Both the position numbers and the translations under genes were made by a program. From contig JBJMJD010000087.1 of the NCBI GenBank assembly GCA_045806525.1, forward strand, positions 22,814 to 86,813: a stretch of DNA of 64,000 nt, in the 5' to 3' direction. The notes beneath the pieces were generated by a model. It was not told the origin of the DNA. It saw nothing but the letters and a program-made list of their open reading frames with translations, and did no database searches. The stretch comes from Gaiellales bacterium (GTDB lineage Bacteria > Actinomycetota > Thermoleophilia > Gaiellales > JAICJC01). Below are positions 54,409-62,604 of this stretch, piece by piece. How positions within the stretch are numbered: the first letter of the stretch is position 1; every line of letters begins with the position of its first letter.

Positions 54409-55139
54409 GCGCGCGGCGGCCGTTCGTGGCCGGCAACTGGAAGATGCACAAGACCGCCAGCGAGACCGGCCCGTTCGTAGCCGAACTGGCCGCGCGGCTG
54501 CCGGATGGGCCGGAGGTGGCCGTGTGCGTGCCCTTCACCTCGCTGGCCGAGGCGGTGCGGGCGGCCACCGGGTCGCAGCTGCGCGTCTACGCCCAGAACA
54601 TGCATCAGGCGGCGCAGGGCGCCTTCACCGGCGAGATCTCCACGGGCATGCTGCTCGACCTGGGCGTGCACGGCGTGCTGCTGGGGCACTCGGAGCGGAG
54701 GCAGTACTTCGGCGAGACCGACGAGGCGCTGGCAGAGAAGCTGGCAGCGGCCGACGCCGCCGGCCTGGACGTGATCCTGGCCGTGGGCGAAACAGAGCAG
54801 CAGCGCGAGGCCGGCGAGACCGAGCAGGTGCTGGCCCGCCAGATCGCCGCCTCGGGCGCCGCCTCCCACGCCGCCCGGCTGGCCATCGCCTACGAGCCGA
54901 TCTGGGCGATAGGCACCGGCCGCACGGCCACGCCCGAGCTGGCCGAGGAGGCGCACCGCTTCATCCGCGGGCTGCTTCCGGACGAGGTCGGGGGGCGGAT
55001 CCGGATCCAGTACGGCGGCAGCATGAAGCCCGACAACGCGCCCGAGCTGCTGGCGCAGCCGGACATCGACGGGGGCCTGATCGGGGGCGCCAGCCTGGAG
55101 GCCGACGCCTTCCTGGCGATCGTGGCCGCGGCGACGTGA
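54405..55139 (+). CDS. tpiA: Triosephosphate isomerase
   Basis: GTG 54405 (GTGA overlap). FVAGNWKMHKT, LLGHSERR, AYEPIWAIGTG, YGGS. Confidence 0.95.
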   Translation: MSARRPFVAGNWKMHKTASETGPFVAELAARLPDGPEVAVCVPFTSLAEAVRAATGSQLRVYAQNMHQAAQGAFTGEISTGMLLDLGVHGVLLGHSERRQYFGETDEALAEKLAAADAAGLDVILAVGETEQQREAGETEQVLARQIAASGAASHAARLAIAYEPIWAIGTGRTATPELAEEAHRFIRGLLPDEVGGRIRIQYGGSMKPDNAPELLAQPDIDGGLIGGASLEADAFLAIVAAAT

Positions 55140-56632
55140 GCGGGCCGGCCTGCCTGGTGGTGCTGGACGGCTGGGGCCTGGCCCCGCCGGGGCCGGGCAA
55201 CGCGGTCGACCTTGCCGACACGCCGGTCTTCGACCGCCTCTGGGCGGCCGGGCCGCGCACCACGCTGGCGGCGTCGGGGCGAGCCGTCGGCCTGCCCGAT
55301 GGGCAGATGGGCAACTCGGAGGTGGGCCACCTCAACCTCGGTGCTGGTCGCGTCGTGCTGCAGGACCTCGTGCGCATCGACGAGGACGTCGCCTCCGGTG
55401 GCATCTATCGTAACCAGGCGCTGCTGGACGCCGGCGCGCACGGCCGCGGCGCGGCACTGCACCTGGTCGGGCTGGTGTCGGACGGCGGTGTGCACAGCCA
55501 CATCCGCCACCTGCACGCGCTGATCGAGCTGGCCGCCCGGCAAGGAGTCGAGCGGGTGCACGTTCACGCGTTCACGGACGGGCGCGACGTCTCGCCGACC
55601 AGTGGCGCGGGGTTCCTGGAGACGGTGCCTTATCTGGCAACGGTGTGCGGGCGCTACTTCGGCATGGACCGAGATCGCCGCTGGGATCGCACGAAGCGCG
55701 CCTACGATGCGATGGTGCACGGCGTCGGAGACGTAACCGACGATCCGGTGGCCGCCGTGCGGGCCGCCTATGAGCGCGGCATCACCGACGAGTTCATCGA
55801 GCCGATCGTGGTCGGCGACCCGGCGCAGGGGCGGGTGCGCGGCGACGACGCCGTGGTGTTCTTCAACTTCCGGCCGGATCGCTGCCGGCAGCTGTTCCGG
55901 TCGCTGCTCGAGCCGGGTTTCGACGAGTTCGACCGCGGAGCCGACCCGCCGCTGCCCGCCCTGGTGCAGATGACCGAGTACTCGGACGAATTCCACGCGC
56001 CGGTCGCCTACCCGTCGCAGCCGGTGACCTCGGTGCTGGCGCAGGTGCTGGCGTCACGCCGCGTGTCCCAGCTGCACGTGGCCGAGACCGAGAAGTACCC
56101 GCACGTCACCTACTTCTTCGACGGCGGCAGCGAGCACCGCAGCGAGGGCGAGCGCTGGTCGCTTGTCGACTCGCCGCGAGACGTCGCCACCTACGACCTG
56201 AAGCCGGCCATGAGCGCCGAGGGCGTCTGCGAGCTGTTCTGCGACGGCATCGCCACGGGCGGATACGGGTTCGGCCTGGTCAACTTCGCCAACGCCGACA
56301 TGGTCGGCCACAGCGGGGTGATCCCGGCTGTGGTGGAAGCGGTGGAGACCGTCGACCGCTGCCTGGGGCGCGTGACGGCCGTGGTCGAGCGAGCCGGCGG
56401 CATCTGCCTAGTCACCGCCGACCACGGAAACGCCGAGCAGATGCTGGAGCCGAACGGCAGCCCGCACACCGCGCACACCACCAACCCGGTGCCGCTGATC
56501 GCCGTCGGGTACCCCGGTTCGCTGCGCGAGGGCGGCAGGCTGGCCGACATCGCGCCGACCGTCCTGGAGCTACTGGGGCTGGCTCAGCCCGAGGAGATGG
56601 ACGGCCGCAGCCTGCTGGCCGGTGTCCTGTGA
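55136..56632 (+). CDS. gpmI: 2,3-bisphosphoglycerate-independent phosphoglycerate mutase
   Basis: GTG 55136 (GTGA overlap). LVVLDGWG, GQMGNSEVGHLNLGAGR, SDGGVHSH, AETEKYPHVTYFFDGG, ADHGNAE. Confidence 0.9.
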   Translation: MSGPACLVVLDGWGLAPPGPGNAVDLADTPVFDRLWAAGPRTTLAASGRAVGLPDGQMGNSEVGHLNLGAGRVVLQDLVRIDEDVASGGIYRNQALLDAGAHGRGAALHLVGLVSDGGVHSHIRHLHALIELAARQGVERVHVHAFTDGRDVSPTSGAGFLETVPYLATVCGRYFGMDRDRRWDRTKRAYDAMVHGVGDVTDDPVAAVRAAYERGITDEFIEPIVVGDPAQGRVRGDDAVVFFNFRPDRCRQLFRSLLEPGFDEFDRGADPPLPALVQMTEYSDEFHAPVAYPSQPVTSVLAQVLASRRVSQLHVAETEKYPHVTYFFDGGSEHRSEGERWSLVDSPRDVATYDLKPAMSAEGVCELFCDGIATGGYGFGLVNFANADMVGHSGVIPAVVEAVETVDRCLGRVTAVVERAGGICLVTADHGNAEQMLEPNGSPHTAHTTNPVPLIAVGYPGSLREGGRLADIAPTVLELLGLAQPEEMDGRSLLAGVL

Positions 56633-56702
56633 GGAAGGCTTTGCCCGCCCGGCATGTACCTGGTGTACAGTTCCCGCGGTTTCGTAACCATCCCGACACA
56701 AC

Positions 56703-57284
56703 TTGGCACTCCAGCAGCCAGACCCCGACGTCCTGAGGCTCGCACGGCACGGAGACGAGCGTGCGTTTGCCGTGATCGTGCGCCAGTACCAGGTGCCGTT
56801 GCTGAACTACATCACCCGCGTGCTGGCGGGTGACCAGGCGCTCGCCGAGGACATGTGCCAGGAGGTGTTTCTGCGGGTCTATCAGGCGCTTCCCGGCTTC
56901 GACGCGCGCTGCCAGTTCACGACCTGGATGTTCCAGGTGGCGAAGCACCGCGTGGTGGACGAGCTGCGCGCGCGCGAGCGGCGCGGCCGTCCGGCGGTCG
57001 AGCTGGACGTGGTCGCGCACCTGCACCCGGTGCGGATCGAGACCGAGGCGATCGAGGAGATGGACACGGTCTGGCGGGCGATCGGCGCGCTTCCGATCGA
57101 CCTGAAGATGGCACTGCTGCTGCGCGACGTGGTCGGCCTCAGCTACGCCGAGATCGCAGACACGCTGGACACCACGCTGGCCACGGTCAAGTGGCGGATC
57201 TACAAGGCGCGTGAGACGGTCGCCGCCGAGCTGCAGCTGCAGGGCTACGGCCACTCGCCGCGCGGTTCCAAGCGCACCGCCTGA
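56703..57284 (+). CDS. ECF (group 4) sigma-70 family sigma factor
   Basis: TTG start. Region 2: DMCQEVFLRVYQALPGFD...FTTWMFQVAKHRVVDELR. Region 4: SYAEIADTLDTTLATVKWRIYKARE. Confidence 0.85.
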   Translation: MALQQPDPDVLRLARHGDERAFAVIVRQYQVPLLNYITRVLAGDQALAEDMCQEVFLRVYQALPGFDARCQFTTWMFQVAKHRVVDELRARERRGRPAVELDVVAHLHPVRIETEAIEEMDTVWRAIGALPIDLKMALLLRDVVGLSYAEIADTLDTTLATVKWRIYKARETVAAELQLQGYGHSPRGSKRTA

Positions 57285-57290
57285 CTTCGG

Positions 57291-58019
57291 CTACCGACCT
57301 TCGCCCAGCCTCCACGCGAGGCTCGCCGGCAGGCCGGCGTCGGTGATCGCCCGCTGCGCGCGCTCGATGTCGTAGTCCACCCGCCGCCAGGTCGCGGTGG
57401 CCGCATCCAGGTCGAGAACCATGTACGCGGCGCGCGGATCGCTGTCTCGTGGCTGGCCGACCGAGCCGGGGTTCAGCAGCCAGCGGTCGCCGTCCAGCGC
57501 GCGCGTGCCGGGCTCCGAGTAGCCGCCGTTGGCCCGGCCGCCGCCACCGGGCGAGTAGGCCAGCGGCACGTGGCTGTGGCCGATCAGGCAGATGTCCCGG
57601 GTCATCACCTCCAGGCAGCTCTGCGCCGTGCGCTGGTCGATCACGTACTCCCAGACGGGATCCCGCGGGCTCGCGTGGTGCAGCTCGACGCCGCCCCGCT
57701 CGCCGCTCGGCTGCAGCGCCCGCAGCTGCTCCAGCGCCTCGGCGCTGAGCGTCTCCTTGGCCCAGCGGGCGGCCACCGCGGCATCGTGCGCGAACACGCT
57801 GATATCGACGGTGCCGTTCACGACCAGGTCATGGTTGCCGGCCAGGCAGATGTCGGACACCTCGATCACCGCGCGTGTGCATGCCTCGGGGTCGGCGTTG
57901 TAGCCGACCAGATCGCCCAGGCACCACAGCTCCTCGGCGCCCTCCTGCTCGACAGCCTCCAGCACCGCCTCGAGCGCCGGCAGGTTGCCGTGGACGTCAG
58001 AGAGAATGACCGCTTTCAT
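57291..58019 (-). CDS. Metallophosphoesterase (YfcE/MJ0936-like)
   Basis: MKAVILSDVHGN, CLGDLVGY, LAGNHD, GHSH. Confidence 0.85.
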   Translation of the reverse strand: MKAVILSDVHGNLPALEAVLEAVEQEGAEELWCLGDLVGYNADPEACTRAVIEVSDICLAGNHDLVVNGTVDISVFAHDAAVAARWAKETLSAEALEQLRALQPSGERGGVELHHASPRDPVWEYVIDQRTAQSCLEVMTRDICLIGHSHVPLAYSPGGGGRANGGYSEPGTRALDGDRWLLNPGSVGQPRDSDPRAAYMVLDLDAATATWRRVDYDIERAQRAITDAGLPASLAWRLGEGR

Positions 58020-58058
58020 GGAACCGGGTGCCGCGTCGCGCAGAGAGGGTCGACCGGC

Positions 58059-59258
58059 ATGCGTCGGTACTCTACCGACGCCGTGCGCCGCATCCTTCTG
58101 CCCGCCATGCTGCTGATCGCGCTGAGCGTGTGGCTGTGGACATCGGCGGTGCTGCCCGGCCCCTCACCGGTGCCGCCGGCCACGTCGGTCTTCAGCTCGT
58201 CGCAGATCCACCGCGCCCAGGACTACCGCAATCTCGGCTACGCGATCACGCTGGCGGCGCTGGCCGCGCAGCTGCTGGCGGCCTGGCTGCTGGCGCTGTG
58301 GGCGCGCCCGCTGGCGGCCCGCATGCCGGCGATCGTGGCGGCTGCGGCGGGCGCGTTTGCGATCTCGGCTGCGGCGCTGCCGTTCGGCTTCTGGGCGCAC
58401 CGCCGTGCCGCTGACGTCGGCCTCGACCTGCAGAGCACGGCCGCCTGGGTGCGCGACGCGCTGCTGGCCTGTGCCGTCCAGGCGGTGGCCGTGGCGGCGG
58501 TGTACGGGCTGGGTCGGATCGCGTACCGGCGGTTCGGGCCGGTCGGCGTCGCCGTCGCGGCCTGGATCGCGGTCGCGGTCTTCACCCTGGTGCAGCCGGT
58601 GCTGATCGACCCGCTGTTCATGTCGACGAGGCCGCTGCCGGCGGCGGCCGCCCTGCAGGCCGCGGCGCTCGAGCACACGATGGGCGCGCACCCCTCCTCG
58701 ATCCGGGTGGCCGACGCGTCGTCGCGCACCACCGGCGAGAACGCCGAGGTGGACGGGCTGGGGCCGACCGTGCGGATGGTGGTCGACGACACCGCCCTGC
58801 GTGCCCCGCCGGACCAGCTGCGGGCGCTGCTGGCGCACGAGCTCGGCCACGTGCAGCGCATGCACACGCTGAGGGGCGTGCTCTGGTTCGGAGTGATCGG
58901 CGTGCCCGCGATCCTGCTGGTACTGGCGGCGGCCTCCCGGCTCTGCCGGGGACGGTTGCTCGAGCCGTCGTCGGTGCCGGTGATCCTGGCCTGCGCCATG
59001 ACCGCGGCGATCGTGCTGCTGCCGGTCGAGAACCTGATCTCACGCCGAATCGAGGCCGAGGCCGATTGGGCAGGCCTGCGGGCCACCCGTGATCCGGCCG
59101 GGATGGAGGCGCTGCAGCGGCGGCTGGCCATCACCAACCTCTCCAACCCGGCGCCGCCGCGCTGGATCGTGTGGGCGCTGTTCGACCATCCGCCGGTGAT
59201 GGACCGGATCGCGGTCGCCCGCGGCTACTCCTCGCCGTCCTCTTCCTCGGCGCCGTAG
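58059..59258 (+). CDS. M48-family (Ste24/HtpX-like) membrane zinc metalloprotease
   Basis: ATG 58059. Multiple TM helices. HELGH zinc motif (LLAHELGHVQRMH). Downstream EAEADWAG. Confidence 0.8.
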   Translation: MRRYSTDAVRRILLPAMLLIALSVWLWTSAVLPGPSPVPPATSVFSSSQIHRAQDYRNLGYAITLAALAAQLLAAWLLALWARPLAARMPAIVAAAAGAFAISAAALPFGFWAHRRAADVGLDLQSTAAWVRDALLACAVQAVAVAAVYGLGRIAYRRFGPVGVAVAAWIAVAVFTLVQPVLIDPLFMSTRPLPAAAALQAAALEHTMGAHPSSIRVADASSRTTGENAEVDGLGPTVRMVVDDTALRAPPDQLRALLAHELGHVQRMHTLRGVLWFGVIGVPAILLVLAAASRLCRGRLLEPSSVPVILACAMTAAIVLLPVENLISRRIEAEADWAGLRATRDPAGMEALQRRLAITNLSNPAPPRWIVWALFDHPPVMDRIAVARGYSSPSSSSAP

Positions 59259-59557
59259 TCGTCATCGCTCTCGCCGTCGAACTCGGGCAGGTTCTTGATG
59301 CCCTCGCGGGTGCGCCACTTGGAGTAGTTGTCCTCCATGGCCTCGATCAGCTCCTGCATGAAGCGCGGTGACAGGTTGACGCGGGCGACGACGACGCCCG
59401 GCACCTCCTCCTCTTCGACCTCGTGGTCGACCCGCGCAAAGGTGATCGTGAACTCGTAGGGCGAGTGGCTGACGTTGGCGAAGTTGGCGTAGACGCCGGC
59501 CATGATTTCCGGTGTGAAGTGGATGTTCAGGTGTCGTTCGCCTGGGGCGTCTTCCAT
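59225..59557 (-). CDS. DUF3467 domain protein with acidic C-tail
   Basis: GVYANFANVSHSPYEFTITFARVD...VVARVNLSPRFMQELIEAM. Confidence 0.75.
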   Translation of the reverse strand: MEDAPGERHLNIHFTPEIMAGVYANFANVSHSPYEFTITFARVDHEVEEEEVPGVVVARVNLSPRFMQELIEAMEDNYSKWRTREGIKNLPEFDGESDDDYGAEEEDGEE

Positions 59558-59582
59558 CGCGCCACCCTACTACGATGGTTCC

Positions 59583-61166
59583 ATGAGCGGTAGCGTTCTC
59601 AGCGAGCTGGCCGAGCCCCTGCGGGCGGCCGTCAGCGCGGCCGGCGGCGACGGCGAGCCGGTGCGGCTCGACCGCCCGGCCGACGCCGCGCACGGCGACT
59701 ACGCGAGCGCGGTGGCGCTGGCGCTGGCGAAACCGATGAAGGCGGCGCCCCGCCAGATCGCCCAGCGGATCGTCGAGCAGCTGCAGTCGCCGTGGATCGA
59801 GGGTACCGACATCGCCGGGCCGGGATTCATCAACCTGCGGCTGCGGCCGGGCTGGTACGGCCACGTCGTGGGGCGCGTGCTGGACGAGGGCGCGCGCTTC
59901 GGCGCCGGCGCGGCGGCGCGTCCGCAGCGCCTGCAGGTCGAGTTCGTGAGCGGCAACCCGACCGGCCCCGTGACCGTTGGCAGCGCGCGCAACGCCGCCT
60001 ACGGCGACTCGCTGGCGCGGCTGTTCGCGTTCGCCGGCCACGACGTCGAGCGCGAGTACTACTTCAACGACGCCGGCCGCCAGGTCGATCTGTTCGGCGA
60101 GTCGCTGCGCGCCCGCGGCCGCGGCGAGCAGGTGCCCGAGGACGGCTACCACGGCGACTACGTGGCCGGGATCGCGGCGGAGTTGGGGCTCGACCCGGAT
60201 GCGCCGCTGGAGGAGTGGACGCGGGCCGGGAGCGAGCTGATGATGGCGCAGATCCGGGCCACGCTGGAGCGGTTTCGCGTGCACTTCGACTCCTGGTTCC
60301 TGGAGCGGTCGTTGTACGAGGACGGGTCGGTCGAGCGCGCCATCGAGCGGGTGCGGGCGGCCGGACACACGTATGAGAAGGACGGCGCACTCTGGCTGCG
60401 CTCGTCGGAGCTGGGCGACGACAAGGACCGCGTGATCGTCCGCTCCAACGGCGAGCCCGGCTACCTGGCCGGCGACATCGCCTACATCGTGTCCAAGATG
60501 GAGCGTGGCTTCGACATCGCCGTCTACGTGCTGGGCGCGGATCACCACGGCTACATGCGGCGCCTGAAGGCGGCGGCCGCGGCGCTCGGATACGACCCCG
60601 ATCGCATCGACGTGCAGCTCTACCAGCTGGTGCACCTGACCGGGGGCCGGATGTCGAAGCGGGCGGGGCTGGTGGTGACCCTGGACGACCTGATGGACGC
60701 GGTCGGCGTCGATGCCGCCCGGTTCGTGCTGGTGCAGCGATCCCACGACCAGACGATCGACCTCGATCTCGACCTGCTGGTCCAGCAGAACGCCGAGAAC
60801 CCGGTCTACTACTGCCAGTACGCGCACGCCCGGATCGCGGCGGTGCTGCGGAACGCCGGTGACGCTGCACAGGGGGCGCGCCCGGCGGCTTCCTGGGTGC
60901 CCGAGCCGGCCGAAGCGGCGCTGGTCAAGTCGCTGGCCGAGTTCCCGGACATGGTGGCCGAGGCGGCCGAGTGGCGCGGGCCGCATCGCGTGGTCAGCTA
61001 CATGCAGGACACCGCCAAGGAGTTCCACCAGTTCTACGGCCAGTGCCGCGTGATCGGCGAGGCGCCGGACATCCAGGCCAGCCGGCTGGCGCTGTGCATG
61101 GCCACCAAGCAGGTGCTGGCGACGGCCCTCGATCTGATCGGCGTGGACGCGCCGGAGCACATGTAG
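59583..61166 (+). CDS. argS: Arginine--tRNA ligase
   Basis: FVSGNPTGPVTVGSARNAAYGD (HIGH-like region), GADHHGY, RMSKRAG (KMSK-like), DALR anticodon-binding C-terminus. Confidence 0.95.
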   Translation: MSGSVLSELAEPLRAAVSAAGGDGEPVRLDRPADAAHGDYASAVALALAKPMKAAPRQIAQRIVEQLQSPWIEGTDIAGPGFINLRLRPGWYGHVVGRVLDEGARFGAGAAARPQRLQVEFVSGNPTGPVTVGSARNAAYGDSLARLFAFAGHDVEREYYFNDAGRQVDLFGESLRARGRGEQVPEDGYHGDYVAGIAAELGLDPDAPLEEWTRAGSELMMAQIRATLERFRVHFDSWFLERSLYEDGSVERAIERVRAAGHTYEKDGALWLRSSELGDDKDRVIVRSNGEPGYLAGDIAYIVSKMERGFDIAVYVLGADHHGYMRRLKAAAAALGYDPDRIDVQLYQLVHLTGGRMSKRAGLVVTLDDLMDAVGVDAARFVLVQRSHDQTIDLDLDLLVQQNAENPVYYCQYAHARIAAVLRNAGDAAQGARPAASWVPEPAEAALVKSLAEFPDMVAEAAEWRGPHRVVSYMQDTAKEFHQFYGQCRVIGEAPDIQASRLALCMATKQVLATALDLIGVDAPEHM

Positions 61167-61198
61167 AGGCCCGCGGGCACGCTGCTACCCTGACGCCC

Positions 61199-61528
61199 AT
61201 GAGCGTTCCCGAAGCTCCCAGCGTCTACGAGGTCGACGAGCTCGCCGACCTGCTTTCAGGCGATCACGCCGACACCGGTGACGGCGAGTGGTACGCGATC
61301 CGCACCGATCCCTGGCCATGCCCTGCGTGCGGAGACGTGTTCGACTACATCACGGCCTGCCACCACGTGGTGGTCACGCCGGAGCGCGACGACCTGATCG
61401 ACCACGCTGCGCGTGCCGCGCAGGTCGGCCGCAATCCCAAGATCGTGCGCTATGAGGACTCGCTGCCCACGATCACCCTGTGGCAGTGGCGAGCGCTGGG
61501 CCGGCCGGTGCACGGCATCAAAGCCTGA
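61199..61528 (+). CDS. Hypothetical small protein with a CPAC...CHH cluster
   Basis: 109 aa. WPCPACGDVFDYITACHH could be a metal site. I did not recognise a family. Confidence 0.55.
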   Translation: MSVPEAPSVYEVDELADLLSGDHADTGDGEWYAIRTDPWPCPACGDVFDYITACHHVVVTPERDDLIDHAARAAQVGRNPKIVRYEDSLPTITLWQWRALGRPVHGIKA

Positions 61529-61534
61529 TCGGCG

Positions 61535-62068
61535 ATGATTGGACGCCGTGCCCAGGGCCTGGTGGCGGTGACCGTCGCTCTGGCGGGCATGGCGGTGCTG
61601 CTGGCGGCGGGCGGTGCACCGGCGCAGGTCGACCAGCCGCTGCAGCCGACCGATCCCGGCGAGTTCGTGCCGTCCAGCCTCAGCCACCACGCCTTCGCGC
61701 TGTGGGCGCGGGCTGACGGGAATGCTGAGCAGGCGGCGGAAACGTTCGGCGGCCGCATCGACCGCTGCCGGCGAACGGTCAAGGATCCGAATCGCCTGGG
61801 CGGCTGCATCGGCCGGGTCGTGAACGGCCTGCATGTGAGCGCCGACGCCGCCGTGTCGAATGCCCGCATCCTGTTCCCGGCAGGCGGCGCCTGCGAGCGC
61901 GCGCTTCGCATCTACGTCCACAGCCTGTCCGCCTACACGGCCGCCCTGACCTGGTTCGACCAGGGCGTCGGCCAGCGGCCCTACAGCCGGGTCGGCCTGA
62001 TCGGATTGCGCCAGGACACGCATGGTGCGGCCGGCACCGTGTTCAGCGCATGCGGTTCGTTCCTGTGA
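61535..62068 (+). CDS. Secreted hypothetical protein
   Basis: Signal-like N-terminus MIGRRAQGLVAVTVALAGMAVLLAAGGAPAQ. Five Cys in the mature part. Confidence 0.6.
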   Translation: MIGRRAQGLVAVTVALAGMAVLLAAGGAPAQVDQPLQPTDPGEFVPSSLSHHAFALWARADGNAEQAAETFGGRIDRCRRTVKDPNRLGGCIGRVVNGLHVSADAAVSNARILFPAGGACERALRIYVHSLSAYTAALTWFDQGVGQRPYSRVGLIGLRQDTHGAAGTVFSACGSFL

Positions 62069-62135
62069 GGATTGAAGCACCCTCGCAGGTGGAAGGGTTC
62101 TCAGGACCGGCCGCGAATCGGTCGATGATCTTCTC

Positions 62136-62576
62136 ATGCTCGAGCACGTTGACAGCACCTCGATCGCCGCTTCGCCCGACACCGTCTACGACGCCGCGTG
62201 CGCGCTTGACTGGCTCGACCCGGGGATCGTCGTCACCCGTATCAGCGATGACGGTGACGGCGTCAGCGGCAGCTACCGCCTGCGCATGCACGTGCTCGGC
62301 TCCGAGCACACGGCGGTGCTCGAAGTCGAGGCAGGTGCGGACGGCCGGCGGGTCGGGTTCAGCAGCGTCGATTGCAAGGAGTGCACGATCGATGGCATGT
62401 ACCTGCTGGAGGCGTCGGGGTCGGGCACGCGGGTGAGCCTGCGGTTGCAGGCCCAACCGCACGGGCGTTACCGGTTCATGAAGCCGCTGATCATCCCGGT
62501 CTTGCACACCTCGGTGGCAGACGCGCTGGCACGGCTGAAGGCGCACGTCGAGGAGCGTCTGGCCGAAGCCGCCTGA
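62136..62576 (+). CDS. SRPBCC (START/polyketide cyclase-like) family protein
   Basis: 146 aa. The N-terminal HVDSTSIAASPDTVYDA pattern and C-terminal amphipathic helix are typical of SRPBCC. The assignment is tentative. Confidence 0.7.
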   Translation: MLEHVDSTSIAASPDTVYDAACALDWLDPGIVVTRISDDGDGVSGSYRLRMHVLGSEHTAVLEVEAGADGRRVGFSSVDCKECTIDGMYLLEASGSGTRVSLRLQAQPHGRYRFMKPLIIPVLHTSVADALARLKAHVEERLAEAA

Positions 62577-62604
62577 TCGTCGCTCGACCGCGTAGCATGC
62601 GGCG

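Noticed and set aside
54524-55135. N-terminal extension of the gpmI ORF (ORF track 54524..56632) and similar long 5' extensions (6665..8614, 49521..51152, 57570..59258, 18342..20453)
   Set aside because: The extensions overlap well-supported genes in other frames or strands. The conserved N-termini and the overlap-type start codons place the real starts at 55136, 7586, 50175, 58059 and 19538.
56633-56702. ECF-type autoregulatory promoter (GGAAC-N16/17-CGT) upstream of the sigma factor gene
   Set aside because: Only partial matches exist (GGAAG..., CGTAA) and the spacing is wrong. The GGGAAC on the opposite strand would fire away from the gene.
59225-59258. 34-nt convergent overlap between the 3' ends of the M48 protease and DUF3467 genes
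   Set aside because: Small 3'-3' overlaps are common in compact GC-rich genomes. The M48 tail (SSPSSSSAP) is low-complexity and not obviously functional. It is not evidence of recoding.
59262-61160. 632-aa minus-strand ORF
   Set aside because: It is antisense to argS, whose identity is unambiguous.
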